Notes under the pieces: model-generated
Told to the model about the DNA's origin: nothing
Seen by the model: the letters and a program-made list of their open reading frames with translations, nothing else
Database searches by the model: none
Origin: an uncultured Gammaproteobacteria bacterium
GTDB lineage: Bacteria; Pseudomonadota; Gammaproteobacteria; Steroidobacterales; Foliamicaceae
NCBI GenBank assembly: GCA_951828235.1
Contig: OX639965.1
Span: 1,668,212-1,732,211, forward strand
Direction of reading: 5' to 3'
Length of the DNA: 64,000 bases
Shown here: in pieces, positions 19,833-26,886 of the stretch
Layout of the letters: every line of letters starts with the position of its first letter
How positions within the stretch are numbered: position 1 is the stretch's first letter
Position numbers and translations under genes: made by a program

Positions 19833-19903
19833 CCAACCGGTCGCGAGGCCGTGTGTTGCGGGGGTAAGCCCCGGTGTTCGGGGGGTAGCCCCTTCTCGGG
19901 GGC

Positions 19904-21844
19904 TTACTCTTCCTGGGTGAAGCTGCGCAGGCGCTCGGCGTGCGAGGGATGGCGCAGCTTGCGCAGCGCCTTGGCTTCGATCTGGCGGATGCGCTCGCGG
20001 GTGACGTCGAACTGCTTGCCGACCTCCTCCAGCGTGTGATCGGTGTTCATGTCGATCCCGAAGCGCATGCGCAGCACCTTGGCCTCGCGGGCGCCCAGCG
20101 TAGCAAGCACGTCGCGCATCGTCTCCTCCAGCCCGCGCGTGGTCGCCACGTCCATCGGTGAAGTGGCGTTCTGGTCCTCGATGAAGTCGCCCAGGTGCGA
20201 ATCCTCGTCCTCGCTTAGCGGCGTTTCCAGCGAAATCGGCTGCTTGGCGATCTTCTGAACCTTGCGGACCTTTTCCTCGGGCATCTCCATGCGCTGCGCC
20301 AGTTCCTCCGGCGTGGGGTCGCGTCCCATTTCCTGCTGCATCTGCCGGGAAATGCGGTTCAGCTTGTTGATCGTCTCGATCATGTGAACCGGCACGCGGA
20401 TCGTGCGCGCCTGGTCGGCGATCGAACGGGTGATGGCCTGGCGGATCCACCAGGTGGCGTAGGTCGAGAATTTGTATCCGCGCCGGTACTCGAACTTGTC
20501 CACCGCCTTCATCAGCCCGATGTTGCCTTCCTGGATCAGGTCGTTGAACTGCAGTCCGCGATTGGTGTATTTCTTGGCGATGGAAATGACCAGGCGCAGA
20601 TTGGCCTCGACCATTTCCTTTTTCGCGTCCTTGGCTTTCAGTTCGTTGTGGGATATCTCGCGGTACAGCTCCTTGATGCCGCGCGCCATGGGCTTGCCGT
20701 CCTTGCCCCTGGGAATGGCCTTGAAGCGGTTGATCGGCAGGCAGCACTTGTTCTCGACCCTGCGTAGGCGGCGGGTAAGCTGCCGCGCTTCCTCGGCATG
20801 GGGCGCCAGTTTCGATCCGTACTCCTCGCTGGCCAGTTGTTCCTCCAGCCATTCGTCGTTGCTTGGATCGGATGCGAAATATTCCTTGAAGCTGCCCAGC
20901 TTGATCCCCGCGCTGCGCACGTATATCCGGCGAAGCCGCTTTTCGCATCCCGATACCGACGAGGGATACAGCGCGTCCTGATCGTCGGAAGGGGCGCGCA
21001 TGGTGGCGTGCAGCGCGTCGAGCATGCCGTCGAAGGCGCGCGGCGTGAATTTCAGCTCCAGCAACATCCGGCTCATGACCTTCTGCGTGTGCTTGAGGTT
21101 GCGGCAGGACAGCGCGAAATGTTCCGGTGCTTCGCCGTTCTGGGCCTTGAGCTCCTGCGCTCGAACCCTCTTGAGGGCGCGATGCACCCGGGCGCACTGA
21201 TCCGTCAAAGCGAGCAAGCGCCGTTCCAGTTCCACGGGATCGGGCGGCTGTTTGCGCGCGGCGTTGTCGGCCGGGTCGCGTTCGGCGGCGGGCCGCAAGT
21301 CTTCAGGTTCGTCCGGATCGACGATCTTGGCTACCAGGTCGGTCAGCTTCATCCGGCCGGCCCGGTAATCCTCGAAGCGGTCAACCAGGTGCTGTACTGA
21401 CGGCAGGTAATAGGCCATAAGACGCTGGATTTCGCTGCGGCTCTGCTCGATGCGCCGCGCGATGCTGATTTCCCCTTCGCGGGTGAGCAATTCGACCGAA
21501 CCCATCTCGCGCATGTAAAGCCGCACGGGATCGGTGGTGCGGCCCAGTTCGACTTCGAACGCGCTGATGGCGTCATCGGCCTCTTCCACGTCGTCGTTGG
21601 TGGATTCGCCTTCGGTCAGGGCCAGGGTGTCCGCATCGGGAACCTCGTCCTCCTCGTACACCTTGATGTCCATGTCGCGGAGCACGTTGATGATTTCCTC
21701 GATCTGCTCCATCTCGACGATCTCGTCGGGGAGCTGGTCGGTCAGCTCGGTGTGCGTGATGTACGAGCGTTGCCGCCCTAGTGAAATGAGCTTCTTGAGC
21801 CAGTTTCTCTGTCGTGAGCGCTGTGTAGTGGTTCCAACGGTCAT
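19904..21844 (-). CDS. rpoD: RNA polymerase primary sigma factor sigma-70.
   Basis: [14 protein letters not shown] (region 2), [28 protein letters not shown] (region 4), acidic N-terminal region. Confidence 0.95.
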   Translation of the reverse strand: MTVGTTTQRSRQRNWLKKLISLGRQRSYITHTELTDQLPDEIVEMEQIEEIINVLRDMDIKVYEEDEVPDADTLALTEGESTNDDVEEADDAISAFEVELGRTTDPVRLYMREMGSVELLTREGEISIARRIEQSRSEIQRLMAYYLPSVQHLVDRFEDYRAGRMKLTDLVAKIVDPDEPEDLRPAAERDPADNAARKQPPDPVELERRLLALTDQCARVHRALKRVRAQELKAQNGEAPEHFALSCRNLKHTQKVMSRMLLELKFTPRAFDGMLDALHATMRAPSDDQDALYPSSVSGCEKRLRRIYVRSAGIKLGSFKEYFASDPSNDEWLEEQLASEEYGSKLAPHAEEARQLTRRLRRVENKCCLPINRFKAIPRGKDGKPMARGIKELYREISHNELKAKDAKKEMVEANLRLVISIAKKYTNRGLQFNDLIQEGNIGLMKAVDKFEYRRGYKFSTYATWWIRQAITRSIADQARTIRVPVHMIETINKLNRISRQMQQEMGRDPTPEELAQRMEMPEEKVRKVQKIAKQPISLETPLSEDEDSHLGDFIEDQNATSPMDVATTRGLEETMRDVLATLGAREAKVLRMRFGIDMNTDHTLEEVGKQFDVTRERIRQIEAKALRKLRHPSHAERLRSFTQEE

Positions 21845-21886
21845 GCGGGGTGGCTGCCTCCGGGAGGTTTAACCGAACAATTATCG

Positions 21887-21894
21887 CTTATTTT
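21887..21894. repeat. Target-site duplication, left copy (CTTATTTT).
   Basis: An identical 8-mer directly abuts the outside of both inverted repeats. Confidence 0.85.
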
Positions 21895-21919
21895 GGGGAT
21901 TATATACCTAACTTGACAA
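21895..21919. repeat. Inverted repeat (rpoD-proximal end).
   Basis: GGGGATTATATACCTAACTTGACAA. Confidence 0.95.
21899..21904 (-). promoter_or_regulatory. Outward-facing consensus -10 hexamer (TATAAT) inside the IR, pointing toward rpoD.
   Basis: The minus strand reads TATAAT, ending 4 nt from the element tip. No good -35 sits at 17-bp spacing (TGCACC). Confidence 0.3.
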
Positions 21920-21933
21920 CAGGTGCACAAAGA

Positions 21934-21959
21934 GCAGCGCCCCTCGAAAGGGGCGCTGC
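21934..21959 (-). terminator. GC-rich hairpin, probable terminator of the minus-strand cargo operon.
   Basis: GCAGCGCCCCT-CGAA-AGGGGCGCTGC. On the minus strand it is followed by TCTTTGTG. Confidence 0.5.
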
Positions 21960-21990
21960 AATAGTATCCTAGAGTAAAGACCGCAACACG

Positions 21991-22134
21991 CTACATTACG
22001 AACCCAAGGAATGCGAAAATGAACGCTGCCAGGAACATGAGGAAAGCCACGACTTTACGGTCTTCATAATGCAGTCCCATAGTCAGAACCAAGAGTGCGC
22101 ACAGCCCCAGCCCAAGAGCGATATTCAACAACAT
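21991..22134 (-). CDS. 47-aa two-helix membrane peptide (hypothetical).
   Basis: Hand translation is MLLNIALGLGLCALLVLTMGLHYEDRKVVAFLMFLAAFIFAFLGFVM. It starts 2 nt after the upstream stop and is below the ORF-track size cutoff. Confidence 0.4.
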   Translation of the reverse strand: MLLNIALGLGLCALLVLTMGLHYEDRKVVAFLMFLAAFIFAFLGFVM

Positions 22135-22136
22135 TG

Positions 22137-23021
22137 TTAGTCGCGCTGGCGCCTTTCCCACTCCCTGAACTGTTCCAGGAATCGATCGAGCCGCCCCAGC
22201 GTATGATCCGCCGTATCCTCCTGGCTCAATGCATCTGCTTCTTCGCGGGCCAACGCGACCAGCACATCGATAATCTGCTGCCTCTCAGCGTCACTTAATG
22301 CATTCCATTCTTCTTCGGTCAGGCTGTCCAGATCGGCCAGTATCTCGACAACGGTTCTTGAGCTACTCCCAGAGGATGATCCGCCGGGCGCTTCTGTTCG
22401 GTTGCTAGGCCCGGTCGTTCGTGGATTTTTGCTCAAGCAATCCAAATACGCACCAGCGGCTGTGCCTGTAACTGCGCCTTGCAAGATTGCACTGCAAGGA
22501 TCGCGTAGCGCGTAAATTACATCGTTTTCGTTGATGTAAACATATATGTCCAAGGGATCCCTTCGGGTCGTCGCCTGGATTCCCCAATACGTTCCAATGG
22601 CGGTTGCCGCGGCGTGTATGGCGCCAACAGATTCCCTCAAGAACCATCCTGCCAAAGCTATAGATACTGTGTTTTCCGCAGTGGACATTGTGTAGGAAAG
22701 AGTCACCATTCTTCGCATGTCGTCAGTGACCATGTAACAACGTCCATCGGCAACGTAGTAGTCATATTCTTCCCGAACGATGAGTTCCCATTCATCTTCG
22801 TAATGTTCACGCCCGCGCCATGAAGACCCGTCTCTTGCATCGGCCCAACATTCACTCGGGGTGTCGTAGCCGTAAACATTTGTGGTGGCCCGCGCTGAAA
22901 ATACGCCCACAAGGAAATACAGTGCCATGACCAGCAATAGAAATATGCCGATACGTTCCCCTGTTTTTGACAGCGCCCATTGATGATAAGTCCGCCAAGC
23001 ATTACGAATCTTGTTTGTCAT
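22137..23021 (-). CDS. Hypothetical 294-aa protein with an N-terminal membrane anchor and an acidic coiled-coil C-terminus.
   Basis: ATG at 23021 (MTNKIRN) is preceded by AAGGAG. The longer track ORF (to 23255) runs through the tRNA gene and is rejected. I recognise no domain. Confidence 0.6.
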   Translation of the reverse strand: MTNKIRNAWRTYHQWALSKTGERIGIFLLLVMALYFLVGVFSARATTNVYGYDTPSECWADARDGSSWRGREHYEDEWELIVREEYDYYVADGRCYMVTDDMRRMVTLSYTMSTAENTVSIALAGWFLRESVGAIHAAATAIGTYWGIQATTRRDPLDIYVYINENDVIYALRDPCSAILQGAVTGTAAGAYLDCLSKNPRTTGPSNRTEAPGGSSSGSSSRTVVEILADLDSLTEEEWNALSDAERQQIIDVLVALAREEADALSQEDTADHTLGRLDRFLEQFREWERRQRD

Positions 23022-23162
23022 TTCCAAATTCTCCTTACAATGAGGAATGTGCCCCGCTGGTGAATCATGCTCTCCGTGCGCAATTTGATAGTAGCACAGT
23101 TCAATTGACAAGATAACGCGCGTTATCAGGTATACTTGATATCGCCAATGCCCAAAAGGAGA

Positions 23163-23261
23163 CGGAGGCGGCGGGATTCGAACCCACGGTAGGTATTTTG
23201 CTTTACGGGCACCTACACCGGTTTTTAAGACCGGCGCATTAAGCCACTCTGCCACGCCTCC
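23163..23261 (-). tRNA. 99-nt class II tRNA with anticodon UAA (Leu by anticodon) but Ser-like architecture, G73 discriminator and an about 30-nt variable region.
   Basis: Hand-folded cloverleaf: GGAGGCG / TG / GCA-GAGTGGCTTAA-TGC / G / CCGGT-CTTAAAA-ACCGG / TGTAGGTGCCCGTAAAGCAAAATACCTACC / GTGGG-TTCGAAT-CCCGC / CGCCTCC / G. No encoded CCA. Confidence 0.75.
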
Positions 23262-23289
23262 GCAGAGCGGTTGCGGAGCATAGCATCTT

Positions 23290-23323
23290 GGGGCGAGAGG
23301 GTTGATCCTTCTCGCCCCTTTTT
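23290..23323 (+). terminator. Intrinsic-terminator-like hairpin plus T-run, with no obvious upstream plus-strand gene.
   Basis: GGGGCGAGA-(11 nt)-TCTCGCCCC-TTTTT. Confidence 0.45.
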
Positions 23324-23665
23324 ACTATGTGATATATTTTCCCACGAGAAATTCGCTGGTATCCCCTATGTCGGGTTGCCCGCTGAATACAACAGCCGTT
23401 TGCAGCCTGGAGTAGCTATCCGGACTTGGTAAACAAGCGGGATTTTCGCTACCAGTGAATTTCTCAAAGGCCCGGCGCTTTGCCAGGCCAAAACAAGCGA
23501 GCCTCCAACGAGGATAAGTCGTCGGAGGCTCTTACCGCGCAGAGAGTTGAATACCACACAGCGCGGCAGCGGCATTGTAGCCTCTGCAACGAGCAGGCTT
23601 TCTCTCTGCGCCTCAGCCGACCCCGCTTTCCAAGGCGGGGTCGGTTCCAATAAGAGGAAGAGAGC

Positions 23666-24169
23666 ATGTTTGAGAAGAAAGCAGATCCTGGCGGGGCTAT
23701 TTTCGTCGGGATACTTCTAATCGTTGTCGTTCCACTTCTGACAGGGATGTGTTCTGTTGCTTATCCACAAGAAAGCAACAGAATCCTGACTAAAGAGCAG
23801 TCACCCGCCGTGCAAGCAATTAACACGGCGCTAGAGAACGTGGACGCCGCAATTGTGGAAGCAACGGTAACGCGAGACTATTTTGTTGCGCAACTTGCCG
23901 CACCTACATTCAACACAGCGAAGATAGAAGAGAAAAGCCACGCGCATATGGCAAAAATTACGGCAGCGGACGAAAAATGGCGTATTGCTTCCGAGTTGCT
24001 TCAAGAGACGGCAGAAAACGCGCCTCATGCCTTCAAGAGTATTGAACAATTATGGGCGACACGTGATCGCCTGCAAGCCGCGCGCGACCGTATTACGGCA
24101 TTGGGAGAAGATGCGCTAAAAGCACTGGACCGAAGCGCGTCCCGTTTACAGAGACAGTTGGAACGATGA
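23666..24169 (+). CDS. Hypothetical membrane-anchored coiled-coil protein (167 aa).
   Basis: N-terminal TM segment (AIFVGILLIVVVPLLTG). ATGA overlap with the downstream nuclease gene. AGAGGAAGAGAG RBS region. Confidence 0.55.
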   Translation: MFEKKADPGGAIFVGILLIVVVPLLTGMCSVAYPQESNRILTKEQSPAVQAINTALENVDAAIVEATVTRDYFVAQLAAPTFNTAKIEEKSHAHMAKITAADEKWRIASELLQETAENAPHAFKSIEQLWATRDRLQAARDRITALGEDALKALDRSASRLQRQLER

Positions 24170-24810
24170 AGAAAACCACTCCTGTTCTCTTCGCATTACT
24201 GGCCTACGCCTGTCTTGCCACGGGCGAAGATGCACACGCCCAGCTCGCAACAGCAGCCACCGTAACCGGCGCCTATGATGGAGACACGATTTACGTTACC
24301 GCGGCTGTTTGGCCCAACATGCTTTGGGCTGGCAGTGTTCGCGTTCTCGGCGTAGACACACCGGAGATTCAGGGGCGCTGCGTACAGGAAAGCACGCTGG
24401 CGCTTGAGGCACGGGATTACGTTCGGGATCTGTTGACTGACGAGAGTGTTCTTTTGACGGATGTGAAGAACGACAAATATGGCGGGCGTGTCCTGGCGCA
24501 TGTCTTTTTACAAGCGGAAGACAACCAGCAGAATCTTGCTGCTCTACTTATCGAGCGAGGCTTGGGGCGTGATTATGATGGCGGCACTCGGCAAAGCTGG
24601 TGTGGAGATGAGCAGGAATTGCCCGAACAGGCGGCACCAGTTGATGCCGATGTGAACCTGGACGATCCTCTTGCACTATATGACGATAACAATAACGGCA
24701 GGATTACTTGTGCTGAAGCAAGAAAGCACGGGATTGCGCCCGTGAAAAGCGACCATCCTGCTTACCGCTATATGAACGATAGAGACAGGGATGGGGTGGT
24801 TTGCGAGTAA
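24166..24810 (+). CDS. Secreted thermonuclease (SNase-like) with a C-terminal Excalibur calcium-binding domain.
   Basis: Signal peptide, DGDTIYV, LGVDTPE, KYGGRVLAHVF, and a C-terminal DDNNNGRITCAEA...DRDRDGVVCE. Confidence 0.8.
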   Translation: MKKTTPVLFALLAYACLATGEDAHAQLATAATVTGAYDGDTIYVTAAVWPNMLWAGSVRVLGVDTPEIQGRCVQESTLALEARDYVRDLLTDESVLLTDVKNDKYGGRVLAHVFLQAEDNQQNLAALLIERGLGRDYDGGTRQSWCGDEQELPEQAAPVDADVNLDDPLALYDDNNNGRITCAEARKHGIAPVKSDHPAYRYMNDRDRDGVVCE

Positions 24811-24860
24811 TTATCAAGATAACCAAGATAATCTTGTGATACACTCCTTTCCAAGGAGAG

Positions 24861-24933
24861 TGGCCCCGGAGAGAATCGAACTCTCACCTTCCCGTTCGGC
24901 AAACAGGGGCTCTATCCGTTGAGCTACGGGGCC
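24861..24933 (-). tRNA. tRNA-Gly (anticodon GCC), 73 nt, no encoded CCA.
   Basis: Hand fold: GGCCCCG / TA / GCTC-AACGGATA-GAGC / C / CCTGT-TTGCCGA-ACGGG / AAGGT / GAGAG-TTCGATT-CTCTC / CGGGGCC / A. Confidence 0.85.
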
Positions 24934-25085
24934 ACTTCTTCATTCTACTGTTAATGAATGCACGTAACTACGTGCGGCGCTTAATTCGTTGCGCATGAAA
25001 TTTGCGCAAAGAATTACAACAGAATATGTTGTATCATATATTCAACAGTTTTAACTGTAATCATCATCAATATCTGGAGATAACT

Positions 25086-25337
25086 ATGAGCACCAAATCC
25101 AAGCTCAATGGCAGCGTTGATTTGTTGGCTAAAGCAATGCGTCAGGTGTTCACAGAGGCCGTAGAAGAAGGTCTTGTTCCAGTGCGAGAGGACATCAAGG
25201 ACATTCGTGGCGACATCAAGAAACTGAGCGACGGTCTGGACACGACAAACCAGAACATGCAGGCGCAATTCGCGCAACATCGCAAGGACGTGTCGGCAGA
25301 TGTGCGCCAAGCTTTACGGCGTCAGCCTAGCCGTTAG
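25086..25337 (+). CDS. Hypothetical 83-aa helical protein.
   Basis: ATG at 25086 (MSTKSKLNGSVDLL...) with GGAG 6 nt upstream of the ATG. Convergent 4-nt overlap with the transposase stop. Confidence 0.4.
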   Translation: MSTKSKLNGSVDLLAKAMRQVFTEAVEEGLVPVREDIKDIRGDIKKLSDGLDTTNQNMQAQFAQHRKDVSADVRQALRRQPSR

Positions 25338-26287
25338 GCGATCAAGTCCCGGTACATCAGCCGCTTTCCAACTAGGCCAGCGATTACGTTCCGCATCATC
25401 GCGGCGGTATCGCACTCGCGGAGATTGTGACGGCCTGCGAACTCTGTGACGTAACGTTGCAGGTGCTTCCGACTCATCTTGTGGAACGTGCCGGTGTGAG
25501 CACGTTTGAGCATTGACCAAAAGGACTCTACGCCGTTGGTGTGAATCTGCCCATCAACGTATTGTCCGGCGCCATGCTTGACAGCACTATGATTCGCCAG
25601 TCCTCTATAGGCACGCGCTTCGTCGGTAAAGATTGGAGCGCCAGGAGCCGCTGATGCACTTACGAAGCCGTGCAATGTGGGTTTGTCTGTCTTCTCCACT
25701 ACACGAGCCTGAACACGATTACTCTGACGATCCTTTGCGCCGACTACGGCTGTCTTGCCCACGGTGCCGCGACCTGCTTTCAGGCGGTCCTTGACATGTT
25801 TGTTCTTCTCTTTGCCACCCACATAGGTTTCGTCTACTTCCACCGGACCGATAAACTTTTCAATGCCTGATGTGTCCCAAGCCTCGCGTAATCTGTGGAG
25901 CAGGAACCACGCCGTCTTTTGCGTCACTTTCAGATCCCGATGCAGCTTCATGCTGGACACGCCCTTCAAGCTGGTTACATAGAGATAGGTTGCGACCGCC
26001 CACTTGCGCAGTGGCAGGCGGGAACTCTGCAAGGTTGTGCCGGTGCGGACGCTGAAATACTGGCGGCAGTCCGTGCACCAATAGGGCATCGGCTTGCGGT
26101 TCGGGACTTCCTTTGTCGCAGTGCTTCCACAGTGACCGCAGCATCGACCCTCCGGCCATTGTACGGATTCGAACCACTGGACAGCCGTATCTTCGTCGGG
26201 AAACATCTCCATTAGCCTGATGAGCGAGATGCCTTTACGATCTGATTTTCCGGGAGATTTGTGCTTGGACATAATGTATTCCTCCAT
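25334..26287 (-). CDS. IS1595-family DDE transposase (ISXO2-like domain) with an N-terminal zinc ribbon.
   Basis: CCGHCGS...YWCTDCRQYFSVRTGT, VEVDETYVGG, FTDEARAY, HTNGVESFWSMLKR. Alternative start at 26272 (MSKHK). Confidence 0.9.
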   Translation of the reverse strand: MEEYIMSKHKSPGKSDRKGISLIRLMEMFPDEDTAVQWFESVQWPEGRCCGHCGSTATKEVPNRKPMPYWCTDCRQYFSVRTGTTLQSSRLPLRKWAVATYLYVTSLKGVSSMKLHRDLKVTQKTAWFLLHRLREAWDTSGIEKFIGPVEVDETYVGGKEKNKHVKDRLKAGRGTVGKTAVVGAKDRQSNRVQARVVEKTDKPTLHGFVSASAAPGAPIFTDEARAYRGLANHSAVKHGAGQYVDGQIHTNGVESFWSMLKRAHTGTFHKMSRKHLQRYVTEFAGRHNLRECDTAAMMRNVIAGLVGKRLMYRDLIA

Positions 26288-26315
26288 ACGCGTATTTTCT
26301 CAGATTATGCTGGCT

Positions 26316-26340
26316 TTGTCAAGTTAGGTATATAATCCCC
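26316..26340. repeat. Inverted repeat (transposase-proximal end).
   Basis: TTGTCAAGTTAGGTATATAATCCCC is the exact reverse complement of 21895-21919. Confidence 0.95.
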
Positions 26341-26348
26341 CTTATTTT
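26341..26348. repeat. Target-site duplication, right copy (CTTATTTT).
   Basis: Identical to 21887-21894. Confidence 0.85.
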
Positions 26349-26465
26349 TTGTCTTCCATAAAGCCGGGCAACCCGAAGGGGGCGACCCCGCTTATGTTCC
26401 TTGGATGCCGCGGATGTGGGATCCGTTTCCGGGGAAATCAACGGCTTTGCTCGCCCTGCCGCCGC

Positions 26466-26852
26466 TCATTGCCTCATGGCGCGCCGCAGGAAGACGACGC
26501 CAAAGGCCACGACGAAGAGTTCAAAGACGATCGCCAGTCCCTGGTTCGCGGAAATTCCGGGCCCTCCGGCCAGGACCTCGGCAAGCAGCCGGGTCAGCAT
26601 CAGCGCGCCGACGCCGAAAACCGTGCAGGCGAGGCCGGCGAAGGCCAGTCGCTTCGACCACAGGCCTGAAATCAGCAACAGTCCGATGCCCGCCACCAGG
26701 CCGCCATAGGTCGCCCGGATTTCGGTCACGCCCGAGGGGTCTGCCGGCGCAATGCCCATCGCCTGTCCCAGGGTGTGCGGATCAACGTAGGCAAACAGGG
26801 CGGAAGCGATGAAGATGCCGCCCACGACTGCGAGGTAGATTTTTTGCGCCAT
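26466..26852 (-). CDS. Small polytopic membrane protein (128 aa; DUF4345-like by recollection).
   Basis: ATG at 26852 (MAQKIYLAVVGGIF...) with a GGGAGA RBS and four hydrophobic segments. The longer track ORF overlaps dnaG. Confidence 0.55.
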   Translation of the reverse strand: MAQKIYLAVVGGIFIASALFAYVDPHTLGQAMGIAPADPSGVTEIRATYGGLVAGIGLLLISGLWSKRLAFAGLACTVFGVGALMLTRLLAEVLAGGPGISANQGLAIVFELFVVAFGVVFLRRAMRQ

Positions 26853-26886
26853 TCCGGATCTCCCTTTGTTTCGACCTCCGCCGGCC

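Larger units (their letters stand above)
21895..26340 (-). mobile_element. IS1595-family insertion sequence with passenger genes (4446 bp).
   Basis: Perfect 25-bp IRs (21895-21919 and 26316-26340), 8-bp direct repeats, and a single ISXO2-like DDE transposase next to the right IR. The interior is visibly AT-richer than the flanks. Confidence 0.88.

Noticed and set aside
23022-23255. N-terminal extension of track ORF 22137-23255 (MAEWLNAPVLKTG...).
   Set aside because: It reads straight through the tRNA gene at 23163-23261. An internal ATG at 23021 with an AAGGAG RBS gives a sensible start.
23366-23650. 94-aa minus-strand ORF in the cargo non-coding region.
   Set aside because: No RBS and an unremarkable composition. 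It overlaps several hairpins. It is treated as non-coding, but not excluded.
26349-26465. Region between the IS right end and the stop of the small membrane-protein gene, examined for a terminator (GGGCAACCCGAAGGGGGCGACCCC).
   Set aside because: The stem is imperfect. The adjacent T-run belongs to the duplicated target (CTTATTTTTT) on the opposite strand relative to the gene. This is not convincing as an intrinsic terminator.
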